Sequence record: SRR33789315_17
DNA length: 47,886 bases
Strand: one strand, 5' to 3'
Within the stretch, counting starts at the first letter, position 1. Every line of letters starts with the position of its first letter. The notes beneath the pieces were generated by a model. That model searched no databases. It saw only the letters and a list, made by a program, of their open reading frames with translations, and was not told where the DNA came from. Of this stretch, positions 19,860 through 29,784 are shown piece after piece. A program made the position numbers and the translations under genes.

Positions 19860-20992
19860 AAGACGAAACACCAGTAACGACATTGCACGAGGCAACACAA
19901 TGGTATTATACCATTCGGGAACCTGATGTGACCGAACAAGCCATTATCGACTGGCTTGCTTGGATACAAGCCGACAATACAAATGCGCAAGCATTTGAAA
20001 AAGTTGAAGAGCTTATGAAGTTAACCAGTCAAACGAAAGAGTTGTATTGGCCTGACGACAATGAGTTACTAAACGATGACTATGATCCTGACATCAGCGT
20101 CAAACAGTGGCATCTAAACCAAAGCGGTTGGCGCAAATGGTTGAAGATCTTATTAGATTTAAAGCTTCCTGCTCGAAAAAATCTTATTCCCTCTTTAACG
20201 ATATCACTATTGGCCTTCAGTGTTTTAGTCTTGCTCTGGACTTATGTACCTGACTTTAATGGGGGTAATATTACGGTATCTGTGTATGAAACAGAGGCAG
20301 GACAGCACGAGCGTATCGAACTTGATGACGGCTCAATTATTACACTTGGTGCGCGTAGTTTGATATCAGTTGCCTACAGTAAAGAGCAGCGCAAAGTACT
20401 TTTAGAGCGTGGTGAGGCCTATTTTGATGTCGCCAAAGATCCCAATCGACCTTTTGTAGTGGGCTCCGGTAATCGCACAATTACCGCGGTGGGTACCGAG
20501 TTTAATGTCACTCGACAAACTGAAAGAGTGGTGGTAACGGTGGCTGAAGGTAAGGTATTGGTTGAGCCTAAATCAAAGCCGTCATCGGTACCGCGGATCA
20601 TTAAGGCGTTTAAAGAAAAATATGGTGATACGGATACTTTCTTAATTGCGGGGCAACAGTTGAGTTATGACCAAGACAAGGTCTCAGGGGTTTCAACCAC
20701 CAATGCTCTGGCGGTCAGTGCATGGAAAGAAGGTAGCCTGCAATACTTAACTGAAAAACTGAAATTTGTGGTTGAAGACATCAACCGCTATTCAGAACAC
20801 CCTATCAGGATTGGCGACGAACAAGTTGGGAATCAGGCCTATTCAGGCACTGTATTTACCGACAGAATAGAAAACTGGCTTAATAGTCTTTCTCAAGCTT
20901 TTCCAATAAAAGTACTTAGTCACAGTAATGGGGATATTGTACTCGTCAGCGACATTACTAGGATAAAAAATACTGAAGTTTTAGAAAAGTGA
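19856..20992 (+). CDS. FecR-family anti-sigma/sensor protein
   Basis: EATQWY N-terminus, single TM helix, LDDGSIITL, LERGEAYFDVAKDPNRPFVV, AVGTEFNV; GTG 19856 overlaps the sigma stop. Confidence 0.92.
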   Translation: MKDETPVTTLHEATQWYYTIREPDVTEQAIIDWLAWIQADNTNAQAFEKVEELMKLTSQTKELYWPDDNELLNDDYDPDISVKQWHLNQSGWRKWLKILLDLKLPARKNLIPSLTISLLAFSVLVLLWTYVPDFNGGNITVSVYETEAGQHERIELDDGSIITLGARSLISVAYSKEQRKVLLERGEAYFDVAKDPNRPFVVGSGNRTITAVGTEFNVTRQTERVVVTVAEGKVLVEPKSKPSSVPRIIKAFKEKYGDTDTFLIAGQQLSYDQDKVSGVSTTNALAVSAWKEGSLQYLTEKLKFVVEDINRYSEHPIRIGDEQVGNQAYSGTVFTDRIENWLNSLSQAFPIKVLSHSNGDIVLVSDITRIKNTEVLEK

Positions 20993-21001
20993 AATTTTTA
21001 A

Positions 21002-21029
21002 GTTCCGCTTTTGTACATTTTTCCGTCTA
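21002..21029 (+). promoter_or_regulatory. Putative ECF sigma promoter, copy 2 (transducer)
   Basis: GTTCCG-N16-CGTCTA upstream of the TBDR. Confidence 0.72.
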
Positions 21030-21107
21030 GTTCTTTAGATGTCATTGAAAATAAATGGCCTCTTATTTAACCGGGAAATCACAATAACTATAAAGGTGGA
21101 TAACAAC

Positions 21108-24100
21108 ATGCGAACACAAAGAAAAGGGATAAGTAGTAGAAAACTATCGTTAATCACGGCGATGATCCCTGCCATGGTATTCGCTGTTGATGCGAACGAA
21201 CTTAATAAATCGATGGAATTCAATATTCCAGCGCAACCTCTCAACGGAGCGCTATTAGCTTTTTCAAAACAGTCAGGTGTGCAATTAGCAGTGCAAACCA
21301 ATGTTATTGAAGGAGTGAATATTAAAGGCGTAAAGGGCCAAAAAGTATCGTCTGAAGCGTTAAGTTCTTTGCTGGATAATACGGGCTTAACTTATACGGT
21401 TATTGGAAACGATACAGTGGCCATTTCTGCCCCTGACGGAAGCCAACCGTCGGGAAAATTTCTACTGGCGTCCAACAGTCAAGTAAGCCAATCAAGGGCG
21501 CCAGTGACAAAAAGCAGTGACGAGCGAGCTCAAGGAGCTGTGGTTGGCCAAGATAATGATGAACAGAACGTAAAAAAATTCGAAAGAATTGCTGTGGTGG
21601 GTTCTAAAATTGGCAATTTACGCACAGAAGCTGCTTTGCCAGTGGCTGTATTCGATCAGGATGCCATAGATGCTATTGGTGCCGGAGATGGTAACGAGTT
21701 GGTCAGAAGTATGCCTCAAATGGGGGATATGACGTGGAATGAGTCATGGATACCCGGCAGCAGTAACGCAGCTCGCGGAGACATGGGTTCACTTAACCTA
21801 AAAAACTTAGGGGCTTCGAACACGCTACTATTAGTTAACGGTCGCCGTTCGGTTATTCATCCCACCACCTCAACGGTTGACAACAGCATGTCGACCACAA
21901 CCTTTAATACTAATGCTATTCCTATGTATGGTCTTGACCGAGTTGAAGTGCTGTTAGACGGCGCGGCAGCAATCTACGGTTCAGATGCTATTGCGGGTGT
22001 AGTCAATATCGTCACCAACAAAGAGATTAATGGTGCGGGAGTTAAATTAAAGTATGCCGCCGCGCCCGGCACAAATCGTTCAGATCTAGACCTGACGGGC
22101 TATTGGGGGAGCGATTTTTACGCAGGTAAAGGCAATTTGTCGGTAATGTATAATGTGTCTCACAGAGAACCGCAATATACGTCTGATCAATGGTTTACTG
22201 CGACCAATGATCATCGAGATTTTTTAAATGGTACTGATTTGCAAGGTAGTGCAGCCCTTGATCAGCGCAGCACATATACGCCATGGGGTAATTTCGTTGC
22301 TCCCTCACAAATTTTTCAAAATGGAACTGCCATCACCAGTTCTGCTGGGTATTTTCATAGCGAAATCGGTGACTCGCAAAATTGTCTTACCGAGACCGCA
22401 CAAGGTGTTTGCTTTGCTTCTGGTGCGGTGTCAGGGGACTATAAGTACGATGCCGCTAAGCAAGATACTTACCTCACACCTAAGGTCGATAGATTTAATA
22501 TATTTGCCAATTATACCCTTGAATTAACTGAAGATTTAGAGTTGTTTGGTGAGTTAGCGCTCTATAAAGCTAAAACCAAATATATCACTGGTCCGGGGCT
22601 ATTTTCAGTTAATCAACCTGTCTATTTACCTGCTGATGCTTATTACAATCCGTTAGGCGCCATGTATTTAGCTGACGGCACTCTTAATCCTAACCGTATT
22701 GCTAATTTAGACAATGTCTCTGAGGCTGGCAGTGCAGTGCAATTGCGCAATTATTTATTTGAAGATGCAGGTGTTAGAGGCGTTGATGTAGACAATATGC
22801 AGACACGATTCTTGCTTGGCTTTAAAGGTTGGACAGCAAATGATTTAGAGTGGGAATCAGCAATACTGTATTCTCAAGGAAAATCTGTGGATGATTCTGA
22901 AGGATATAGTGTATCAAAAATTGTTGAGGCGCTTTCTGGTACTACAGCCGATGCCTATAATCCCTTTGGAGGAGGTTCACTTTCTCACCCTAGTTATGGT
23001 GATGATAGCGTCAATTCTCAGGACGTGATTGATTCTTTTACGGTATGGACCAAACGTAAAAGTACCTCAGAGTTGGCGTCGTGGGATTTTAAAATCAACA
23101 AATCTGATATCTTGAGTTTACCTGCTGGTGATATAGGGTTTGCCGCTGGAATTGAGGTGCGTTATGAATCACTTAAAGACGACAGAGATCCATTGGTAGA
23201 TGGTTCTGCACCTTATACTGACTGGTATACGGGCACCGTTTATGACAGTGATTTAGCGGGTAGTAGCCCAACTCCTGATTCTTATGGTAGCCGAAATGTG
23301 AAAACCGCCTATGTTGAGTTTGCAGTACCTCTTGTTGCTGAAGAATTTAATATTCCGCTCGTGCAATCATTAGATATGCAGTTGGCGGCACGCTATGAAA
23401 GTTATAGCGATGTTGGTGATATTTCGACACCTAAAGTGGCTTTGGCATGGACAGTGTCGGATGACTTGATGTTTCGGGGTTCTTGGTCTGAAGGTTTTAA
23501 AGCACCTAATCTTGAAGTACTTAATGCAGGAGAGATGGCTCGCTATTTAACGTTTCCAGATTATGTCTATTGTGAAGCTGCAGTCAGAGCACAGAGAATT
23601 AGTAGTTACGCAGAATGTACTAAGTCTTATGCCGTGACTTGGCATATGAAAGGTAACCAAGAACTTAAACCTGAAACCTCAGAAAACGTATCAGTAGGTG
23701 CTGTATTCACTCCACAGTTTCTGCCTACTGACTGGGGTAATATGAAGTTCACGGTAGACGCTTGGCGTATAAAGATTGACGACCAAATTGGTGTAACGCC
23801 TACCTTAGATGTGATTATTCATGACTTATATTTGCGCACTCAACAAGCCATTGGTGACCCGCGGGTATTCAGAGCTGACCCTAGTAGTGATGATGCTGCT
23901 TGGTTTGCTGGTACAGGTTTAGATCCGGTGGGTGAAATACAGTATGTACAAACCGATTACTCCAACCTTAATTCTCTAGAAGCCCGAGGTTTGGATTTTA
24001 GTGTCGACTGGAGCTTGACTAAAACTCAATATGGGACGTTTTCTTTTAATTTTGCTGCGTCTAAGTTACTCAATTACAAGCAAGCACTAACCAAGGAAAT

Positions 24101-24509
24101 GCAAGAAGCAAAGTCAGCCCAAGAAGCGGGTTTATTAGATGGTTACATTGTTATTGGAACGGCTGATGAAGTTGGGCGTAGCGGTAAAAAGCCAGAATGG
24201 AAAGCGAGTAGTCGGTTTATTTGGCGTTACGAAGATTTTGTCTACCGCTTATCTGCGCAATACACCGGAAGTGTGCTAGATGGGAAGTATGCAAGTGGAG
24301 CAAATTTTGAAGTTCCGTCGATTATGACTTGGAATACCTCTGCGCAATATCAACTCAATGATTCAATCTTCGACGGTGTAATTGCTGAAGTTGGGGTTAG
24401 AAATATATTTGATAAAGAACCTCCCCTAAATGCTTCTGGTAATTATTTGGCTAGCCTATATTTACCTTTTTCTCGCTATGTTTACGCGAGTTTAGAAAAG
24501 AAATTTTAG
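21108..24509 (+). CDS. TonB-dependent transducer (receptor with N-terminal STN signalling domain)
   Basis: FNIPAQPLNGALLAFSKQSG STN domain; plug TLLLVNGRR, RVEVLLDGAAAIYGSDAIAGVVNI; ends in Phe; ATG 21108 with AAGGTGG RBS. Confidence 0.93.
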   Translation: MRTQRKGISSRKLSLITAMIPAMVFAVDANELNKSMEFNIPAQPLNGALLAFSKQSGVQLAVQTNVIEGVNIKGVKGQKVSSEALSSLLDNTGLTYTVIGNDTVAISAPDGSQPSGKFLLASNSQVSQSRAPVTKSSDERAQGAVVGQDNDEQNVKKFERIAVVGSKIGNLRTEAALPVAVFDQDAIDAIGAGDGNELVRSMPQMGDMTWNESWIPGSSNAARGDMGSLNLKNLGASNTLLLVNGRRSVIHPTTSTVDNSMSTTTFNTNAIPMYGLDRVEVLLDGAAAIYGSDAIAGVVNIVTNKEINGAGVKLKYAAAPGTNRSDLDLTGYWGSDFYAGKGNLSVMYNVSHREPQYTSDQWFTATNDHRDFLNGTDLQGSAALDQRSTYTPWGNFVAPSQIFQNGTAITSSAGYFHSEIGDSQNCLTETAQGVCFASGAVSGDYKYDAAKQDTYLTPKVDRFNIFANYTLELTEDLELFGELALYKAKTKYITGPGLFSVNQPVYLPADAYYNPLGAMYLADGTLNPNRIANLDNVSEAGSAVQLRNYLFEDAGVRGVDVDNMQTRFLLGFKGWTANDLEWESAILYSQGKSVDDSEGYSVSKIVEALSGTTADAYNPFGGGSLSHPSYGDDSVNSQDVIDSFTVWTKRKSTSELASWDFKINKSDILSLPAGDIGFAAGIEVRYESLKDDRDPLVDGSAPYTDWYTGTVYDSDLAGSSPTPDSYGSRNVKTAYVEFAVPLVAEEFNIPLVQSLDMQLAARYESYSDVGDISTPKVALAWTVSDDLMFRGSWSEGFKAPNLEVLNAGEMARYLTFPDYVYCEAAVRAQRISSYAECTKSYAVTWHMKGNQELKPETSENVSVGAVFTPQFLPTDWGNMKFTVDAWRIKIDDQIGVTPTLDVIIHDLYLRTQQAIGDPRVFRADPSSDDAAWFAGTGLDPVGEIQYVQTDYSNLNSLEARGLDFSVDWSLTKTQYGTFSFNFAASKLLNYKQALTKEMQEAKSAQEAGLLDGYIVIGTADEVGRSGKKPEWKASSRFIWRYEDFVYRLSAQYTGSVLDGKYASGANFEVPSIMTWNTSAQYQLNDSIFDGVIAEVGVRNIFDKEPPLNASGNYLASLYLPFSRYVYASLEKKF

Positions 24510-24517
24510 ACTAAAAC

Positions 24518-24547
24518 AGCGTTTACTGCTTTGCAGTAAACGCTTTT
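24518..24547 (+). terminator. Stem-loop/terminator after the transducer gene
   Basis: AGCGTTTACTGC-TTT-GCAGTAAACGCT followed by TTT. Confidence 0.7.
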
Positions 24548-24572
24548 ATTACAATTTTATATAGGACATCAA

Positions 24573-27554
24573 ATGAAACGAATTTTTTCGATGGTGATGT
24601 TGGTTAGCTTGTTGCTAAATGCCAATCTAATTTTGGCAAAAGCTGCAGATAAGCCGCAACTTGTCTACAAAGATATTAATGTACATCAAGGTACTGCAAT
24701 GTCGGTAGCAGTGTCACCTGATGGAAAATGGCTGGCTCTTGATCTGCAAGGTAGCTTATGGATATTGTCGAGCAAAGGCGGAGAAGCAACTAAAATAACC
24801 GATGTATTTGATGACGCCCACCAACCATCATGGTCTCCAGATGGTAAAAAATTAGCGTATTTTGCTTTTATTGATGGTGGTTATGATCTCTGGTCTATCG
24901 AACCCGATGGCAAAAATCGCCAGCAATTAACTTGGGGTCCCTACGATGATAGGGAGCCTGTATGGTCGCCGGATGGCAGTAAAATTGCTTTTGCTTCAGA
25001 CCGCAACGCTAGCTACCCGAGTTATAACATTTGGACCTTAGATCTAGCCAGTGGCGATATTGAGCCGGTAACCGACGACAGCTACGAAAATCGTATGCCC
25101 GCATGGACTGTTGATGGCAAAGAAATTACTTACAGCAGTCAACGAGATAAAAAGTATGGTTTGTGGAGTACGGTATTAGCCACTCATAGGGAGCGACTGA
25201 TTATTTCCGATGATGTTGCCATTGAGACCCCCTCATGGAGTCCTACGGGGCAGTTGGCATATAGTCGCAGTGATGGGCAAAAAATGCAGCTTGTGATTGA
25301 TAATAAAGTTGTTAGTGGTAACGAAGATGTGTTTCCTTTTCAAACTAGTTGGACTCCAAAAGGGCAATTTTATTACGTTGCTGAAGGAGAAATTAAACAG
25401 GGACAGTTGACGAAAAAATCAATTAATCCAAAGGACTCAATCACCACAGTACCTTTTACTGCCCAATTAACATCTGCTAAAGAAGACTATGCTAGAGCCA
25501 CGCGTGACTTTAGCTTAACCACTCCGAAAAAAGTGTTAGGGCTAGTGCGTCCGGCGCTTTCACCCGATGGTAAACAAGTGGCTTTTGTGGCTTTAGGCAA
25601 TTTGTACTTAATGACGTTCGGCCAAGAGCCACAAAATTTGACTAATAATCACTATATGCAGACTGACCCATCTTGGTCACCTGACGGTAAATATTTGGTT
25701 TATTCCTCAGATCAAGGGGGTGACATGATGCAACTTTGGATCCGCGAGGTGAGCACCGGAAAAGAGCATCAATTGACCAATATTGCCACGCAACCTCTTG
25801 AACCCTCGTGGTCCCCAGATGGCAAGCGTATTGCGTATCTTAATGTAGATGGCATGTGGGGCGTGGCAGGCCTCGCCGTGGTTGACGCAGAGAACGGAAA
25901 TATAACCTCCCTTACGCCTTCTCTAAAGCAACCTGGACGACCTACTTGGTCAGCTGACAGTCAACGCGTGGCTATTGCTAATACATCACCGTTTTCGCAT
26001 AGTTTTCGTGAGGGTACTAACCAAGTGTATGTAGTTGCCGCGGATGGTTCACAAACTGAGCAGTGGTATTCGCCCGAAGCTAATTTGTCTATTGATACAC
26101 GGGGAGGAGCAGGACCCGTGTGGTCACCAGACGGTAAAAAAATGGCAGCTATTTATGGTGGAACATTACATGTTTGGCCTGTTTCTATAGAGGGTGAGCC
26201 TTTAGGTCCTCCACGCAGCCTAACCAATGAAATAGCTCATTCACCAAGCTGGTCTGGCGACTCTCAAACACTGTTGTTTCAATCTGAAGATAAACTTAAA
26301 ACGGTTAATGTACTAAGTGGTGAAATTAACACTATTCCCATGCCATTAACCTATAATATTGATATCCCCACCGGTCGTTTGATTGTGCATGTTGGTGGCC
26401 TGTTTGATGGCGTGCATGATTCCTTGCAAGAAAATGTCGATATCGTCATCGATGGCAATATTATCACCGAAATTCGGCCACACAAGTCTAAGAACCATCA
26501 AAATAGTCAGTTTATCGATGCCTCTAACTTGGTAGCGATGCCTGGGATGATCGAGAGTCACGTGCATCCTCAAAAAGATTTAGGCCAGTCTGCCCATCGA
26601 GCTTGGTTAGCCTATGGTATTACCACAGTGCGTGATTTAGGCAATCAGCCTTATCATGGTGTTGAAGACCGTGAAGCCAGTGAAGCAGGCGTAAGGGTGG
26701 GGCCGCGCATTTATACCACTGGGCACTTGATGGAGTGGCAACGAGTTTATTATAAAATGGGTATTGCGATTTCAGGTCCGGCTCACTTAGAAAAAGAGTT
26801 AGCTAGAGCTAAAGCACTTAAATATGACCATCTAAAAAGTTATGTCCGTTTACCTGATTTACAACAAAAAAGGCTGGTTGATTTTGCTCATCACGAAATG
26901 GGAGTGCCTGTGTCTTCGCATGAGGTTTATCCGTCTTCACTAGTCGGCGTGGATAATATTGAACACCTAGGAGCGACCAGTCGTCGGGGTTATAGCCTTA
27001 AACACATACATGGTCATGGATTTGATGACGCTACGCAGCTTATGGATAAAGTGATTACCCCTACGATATTTGGTTCCATTGTCGCTTATCTTAAACGTTA
27101 TCCGCAGTTAAGTGACGATCAGCGCCTTGGGCTCTATCCAAACTGGGCACAACAAATGATAAAACATCCTTGGGCAATGCCTGCGGAGTATGCTGCTTCT
27201 ATGGGGCAAATGGCGAAGACGTTAAAAGCCTTATTCGACAACGGGACAGTAATTACTGCTGGCACCGATTTGGTTATGGCGCTTAACTTGCACTCTGAAA
27301 TTGATTTTTATGTTACTGCTGCTGGTTTTACCCCTTTTGAAGCTTTGAGGTCTGCAACTGCGGTACCAGCAAAAACATTAGGTCTTAATGCCGGAACCTT
27401 AGAAGCAGGTAAACTGGCGGACATAGTACTGCTCGAAGCTAATCCTTTAAAAGATATTGCTAATACCAACAAGGTTCATACAGTGATCATTAATGGTAGG
27501 CCAATGACCTTAAAGCAGTTATTGAATAAAGATCTTGCCCTAAAAGCCCTATAG
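24573..27554 (+). CDS. Secreted PD40/TolB-like beta-propeller plus amidohydrolase fusion
   Basis: Signal peptide; about 12 (P)xWSPDG-like repeats; amidohydrolase motifs MPGMIESHVH, GITTVRD, SSHE, IEH, AGTD, GTLEAGKLADIVLL. Confidence 0.9.
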   Translation: MKRIFSMVMLVSLLLNANLILAKAADKPQLVYKDINVHQGTAMSVAVSPDGKWLALDLQGSLWILSSKGGEATKITDVFDDAHQPSWSPDGKKLAYFAFIDGGYDLWSIEPDGKNRQQLTWGPYDDREPVWSPDGSKIAFASDRNASYPSYNIWTLDLASGDIEPVTDDSYENRMPAWTVDGKEITYSSQRDKKYGLWSTVLATHRERLIISDDVAIETPSWSPTGQLAYSRSDGQKMQLVIDNKVVSGNEDVFPFQTSWTPKGQFYYVAEGEIKQGQLTKKSINPKDSITTVPFTAQLTSAKEDYARATRDFSLTTPKKVLGLVRPALSPDGKQVAFVALGNLYLMTFGQEPQNLTNNHYMQTDPSWSPDGKYLVYSSDQGGDMMQLWIREVSTGKEHQLTNIATQPLEPSWSPDGKRIAYLNVDGMWGVAGLAVVDAENGNITSLTPSLKQPGRPTWSADSQRVAIANTSPFSHSFREGTNQVYVVAADGSQTEQWYSPEANLSIDTRGGAGPVWSPDGKKMAAIYGGTLHVWPVSIEGEPLGPPRSLTNEIAHSPSWSGDSQTLLFQSEDKLKTVNVLSGEINTIPMPLTYNIDIPTGRLIVHVGGLFDGVHDSLQENVDIVIDGNIITEIRPHKSKNHQNSQFIDASNLVAMPGMIESHVHPQKDLGQSAHRAWLAYGITTVRDLGNQPYHGVEDREASEAGVRVGPRIYTTGHLMEWQRVYYKMGIAISGPAHLEKELARAKALKYDHLKSYVRLPDLQQKRLVDFAHHEMGVPVSSHEVYPSSLVGVDNIEHLGATSRRGYSLKHIHGHGFDDATQLMDKVITPTIFGSIVAYLKRYPQLSDDQRLGLYPNWAQQMIKHPWAMPAEYAASMGQMAKTLKALFDNGTVITAGTDLVMALNLHSEIDFYVTAAGFTPFEALRSATAVPAKTLGLNAGTLEAGKLADIVLLEANPLKDIANTNKVHTVIINGRPMTLKQLLNKDLALKAL

Positions 27555-27564
27555 TTAATTTGTC

Positions 27565-27601
27565 TATAAAAAAGGCTAAGCGTGCCTTAGCCTTTTTTAT
27601 A
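27565..27601. terminator. Bidirectional intrinsic terminator
   Basis: TATAAAAAAGGCTAAG-CGTGC-CTTAGCCTTTTTTATA between convergent genes. Confidence 0.88.
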
Positions 27602-27627
27602 TAACGGTAAACGAAGAGAGCTCCGGC

Positions 27628-29784
27628 TTAAAACGAATATTGCAAACTAACTTTGGCAGAGCGTGGGGTACCCGGTTGGGTCCACAATGCAGAATAGGAA
27701 TTCGAATAATATTCCTTGTCGAGCAGATTGTTTATATAGGCACTAAAGCGCCAATTGTTGTTCAAGTCAACAGCAGCAAAGAGATCCACTTTGGTATAAC
27801 TCGGCAGGATGTAATCAGGATTGATTGTCTCGCCAAGTCGCTCACCTACGTAGGTGACACTCGCCCCTACCTTAGCTGGCTCTCCCGCTACATTAAACTC
27901 ATGTACTGTAGTGATATTGAGTTTATTTTTGGGGATGTTTATTAATTGGCTTCCCATTGGGATCACGACAGCCCAGTCGCCATTAATAATTTCATTTTCG
28001 GTGTGTGCATCAATATACGAATAGGCCAGTGATACAGAAGTGTTAGCGCTGAGATAAGCGTCTAGATCAATTTCTATTCCTTGGCTTTGTGCTTCTCCGA
28101 GCGCAATCGAAAATCCAGAGTTGATAGGGTCAGCACCGAGTATATTGCTTTTATTGGCGCGAAATAACGCGACTGTGCCATTAATGCTTTGGTCGTTGTT
28201 AGTAAACTTGATGCCGGTTTCGTAAGACTCACTTTCCTCTGGTTCAAAGGTTTTGTCGTTAATATCCACCCCAGCGTTAGGTCTAAAACCTTGTGAATAA
28301 CTGGTATAAATGGTGTAGTTTTTAGAGATGTCATACACCAAGCCAAGGCGTGGATTGACTGCCGTTTGACTCTGGTGGGTGCGATTATCGGATAGCACAT
28401 TGTGCAGATCTTTTTGGTATTTATCGAAGCGTAAACCGGCTAAAAGTTTCCAGTTTTCAGTTAAATCAATTTGATCTTGTACATAGGCGCCAAAAGATTT
28501 TTGCTCTTCTTGTTGATCGGTGACCAGACTGACAGCAGGCTGTGGCTGCCCGTAAACGGGTTTTAATAAATCGACGGAATAACTAGGGTCCTGAGCCCCC
28601 CACGCAGTGCGCCAGCGTTGCATACTTTGATCTAACTGATATTTGTAAGCGTCAAGTCCCATGAGTAAATGATGAGTCACCTTTGCGGTTGTGAGCTTGC
28701 CACTAAGTTCCATGCGTCCAGAAAAGTCTGTTGCTTGATAGTCGCGATAGCGCCGCTGTCTAGAGACTATTTCACCGTCGGCGTTACCATCACTATCGAG
28801 ATCTTCGAACAGTAATTGGCGACCGTTAGACAGTTCTACTTCGGTGGAATATCCAGTAAAGGATGAATCCCGATAATTCAGCCCTGTTATCAGGTTCCAG
28901 CCATGAGTAAATTCATGTTGTAAAGCAAGTTGATGACCAGTGACGTGTATGTTTATTGGGCCATCAGCAGGCTCGCCATAAAAGGTATTACTCGGTACTT
29001 GACCAAACTGATTATCGATAACCACAATGCCGCGATCAAAAGGTGCTTGTTGGTCAATCACTTCGAGGTCGTAACTAAGGTTGGTTTGTTCAGATAAACG
29101 AAATAATACCGAGGGCGTCAGGGCTGATTTTTTGCTGGTCACGGTATCGCGAAAACTGCCAGCGTCTTCATAAGCGCCGTTAATTCGCAATGCGACATTT
29201 GAACTAATCGCATTAGTGTAATCAGCTTCTAAGCGTTTGACATCTTCACTGCCAAGCGTTGCCTGAATATAGCCTTCGGATGAAAACTGCGGTTTTTTGG
29301 TGATAATATTAATGGTGCCGCCAGGTTCGCCTCGGCCATATAGGGCAGAACCAGGTCCTTTGAGTATTTCAATCGATTGAATATTTGAGGTATCGCGGTG
29401 ACCACTAAAACCACGACCCACATTGTAGCCATTGACTAAGTAGCCAGACGGTGAGTTTTCATCACCGGCAAATCCTCTAATGGCAAAGCTGTCCCAAAGC
29501 CCGCCAAAGCTATTTTGCCGAGCTACACCGCTGGTGAAGTCTAGGGCATTTTGTAGTTCGACGATCCCCAGATTTTTGAGTAATTCAGCTGAAACAATAT
29601 CAATCGACTGCGGTAGTAGTTTTAATGGCACGTCACCACGATAGGGTTGACGATGCTGAACGACTTCGATCTGTTCTATCTCGTATTCATCGTCGCTTAG
29701 TGGCTTCGCCATAACCTGATGCATAAATGCTGTGCAAATAGCTATAGAGATCAAGGATAAGGAGTAAAATTGTTGGCGTTTCAT
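27628..29784 (-). CDS. TonB-dependent receptor, siderophore/metal-receptor type
   Basis: LPQSIDIV, FAIRGF, IEILKGPGSALYGRGEPGGTINIITKKP; ends YSF; start overlaps the upstream permease stop. Confidence 0.92.
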   Translation of the reverse strand: MKRQQFYSLSLISIAICTAFMHQVMAKPLSDDEYEIEQIEVVQHRQPYRGDVPLKLLPQSIDIVSAELLKNLGIVELQNALDFTSGVARQNSFGGLWDSFAIRGFAGDENSPSGYLVNGYNVGRGFSGHRDTSNIQSIEILKGPGSALYGRGEPGGTINIITKKPQFSSEGYIQATLGSEDVKRLEADYTNAISSNVALRINGAYEDAGSFRDTVTSKKSALTPSVLFRLSEQTNLSYDLEVIDQQAPFDRGIVVIDNQFGQVPSNTFYGEPADGPINIHVTGHQLALQHEFTHGWNLITGLNYRDSSFTGYSTEVELSNGRQLLFEDLDSDGNADGEIVSRQRRYRDYQATDFSGRMELSGKLTTAKVTHHLLMGLDAYKYQLDQSMQRWRTAWGAQDPSYSVDLLKPVYGQPQPAVSLVTDQQEEQKSFGAYVQDQIDLTENWKLLAGLRFDKYQKDLHNVLSDNRTHQSQTAVNPRLGLVYDISKNYTIYTSYSQGFRPNAGVDINDKTFEPEESESYETGIKFTNNDQSINGTVALFRANKSNILGADPINSGFSIALGEAQSQGIEIDLDAYLSANTSVSLAYSYIDAHTENEIINGDWAVVIPMGSQLINIPKNKLNITTVHEFNVAGEPAKVGASVTYVGERLGETINPDYILPSYTKVDLFAAVDLNNNWRFSAYINNLLDKEYYSNSYSALWTQPGTPRSAKVSLQYSF

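Noticed and set aside
24700-26270. Recurring TGGTC(N)CC(N)GATGG DNA repeats as a CRISPR-like array
   Set aside because: They are the codons of WSPDG protein repeats; degenerate at third positions, irregularly spaced, and there are no cas genes
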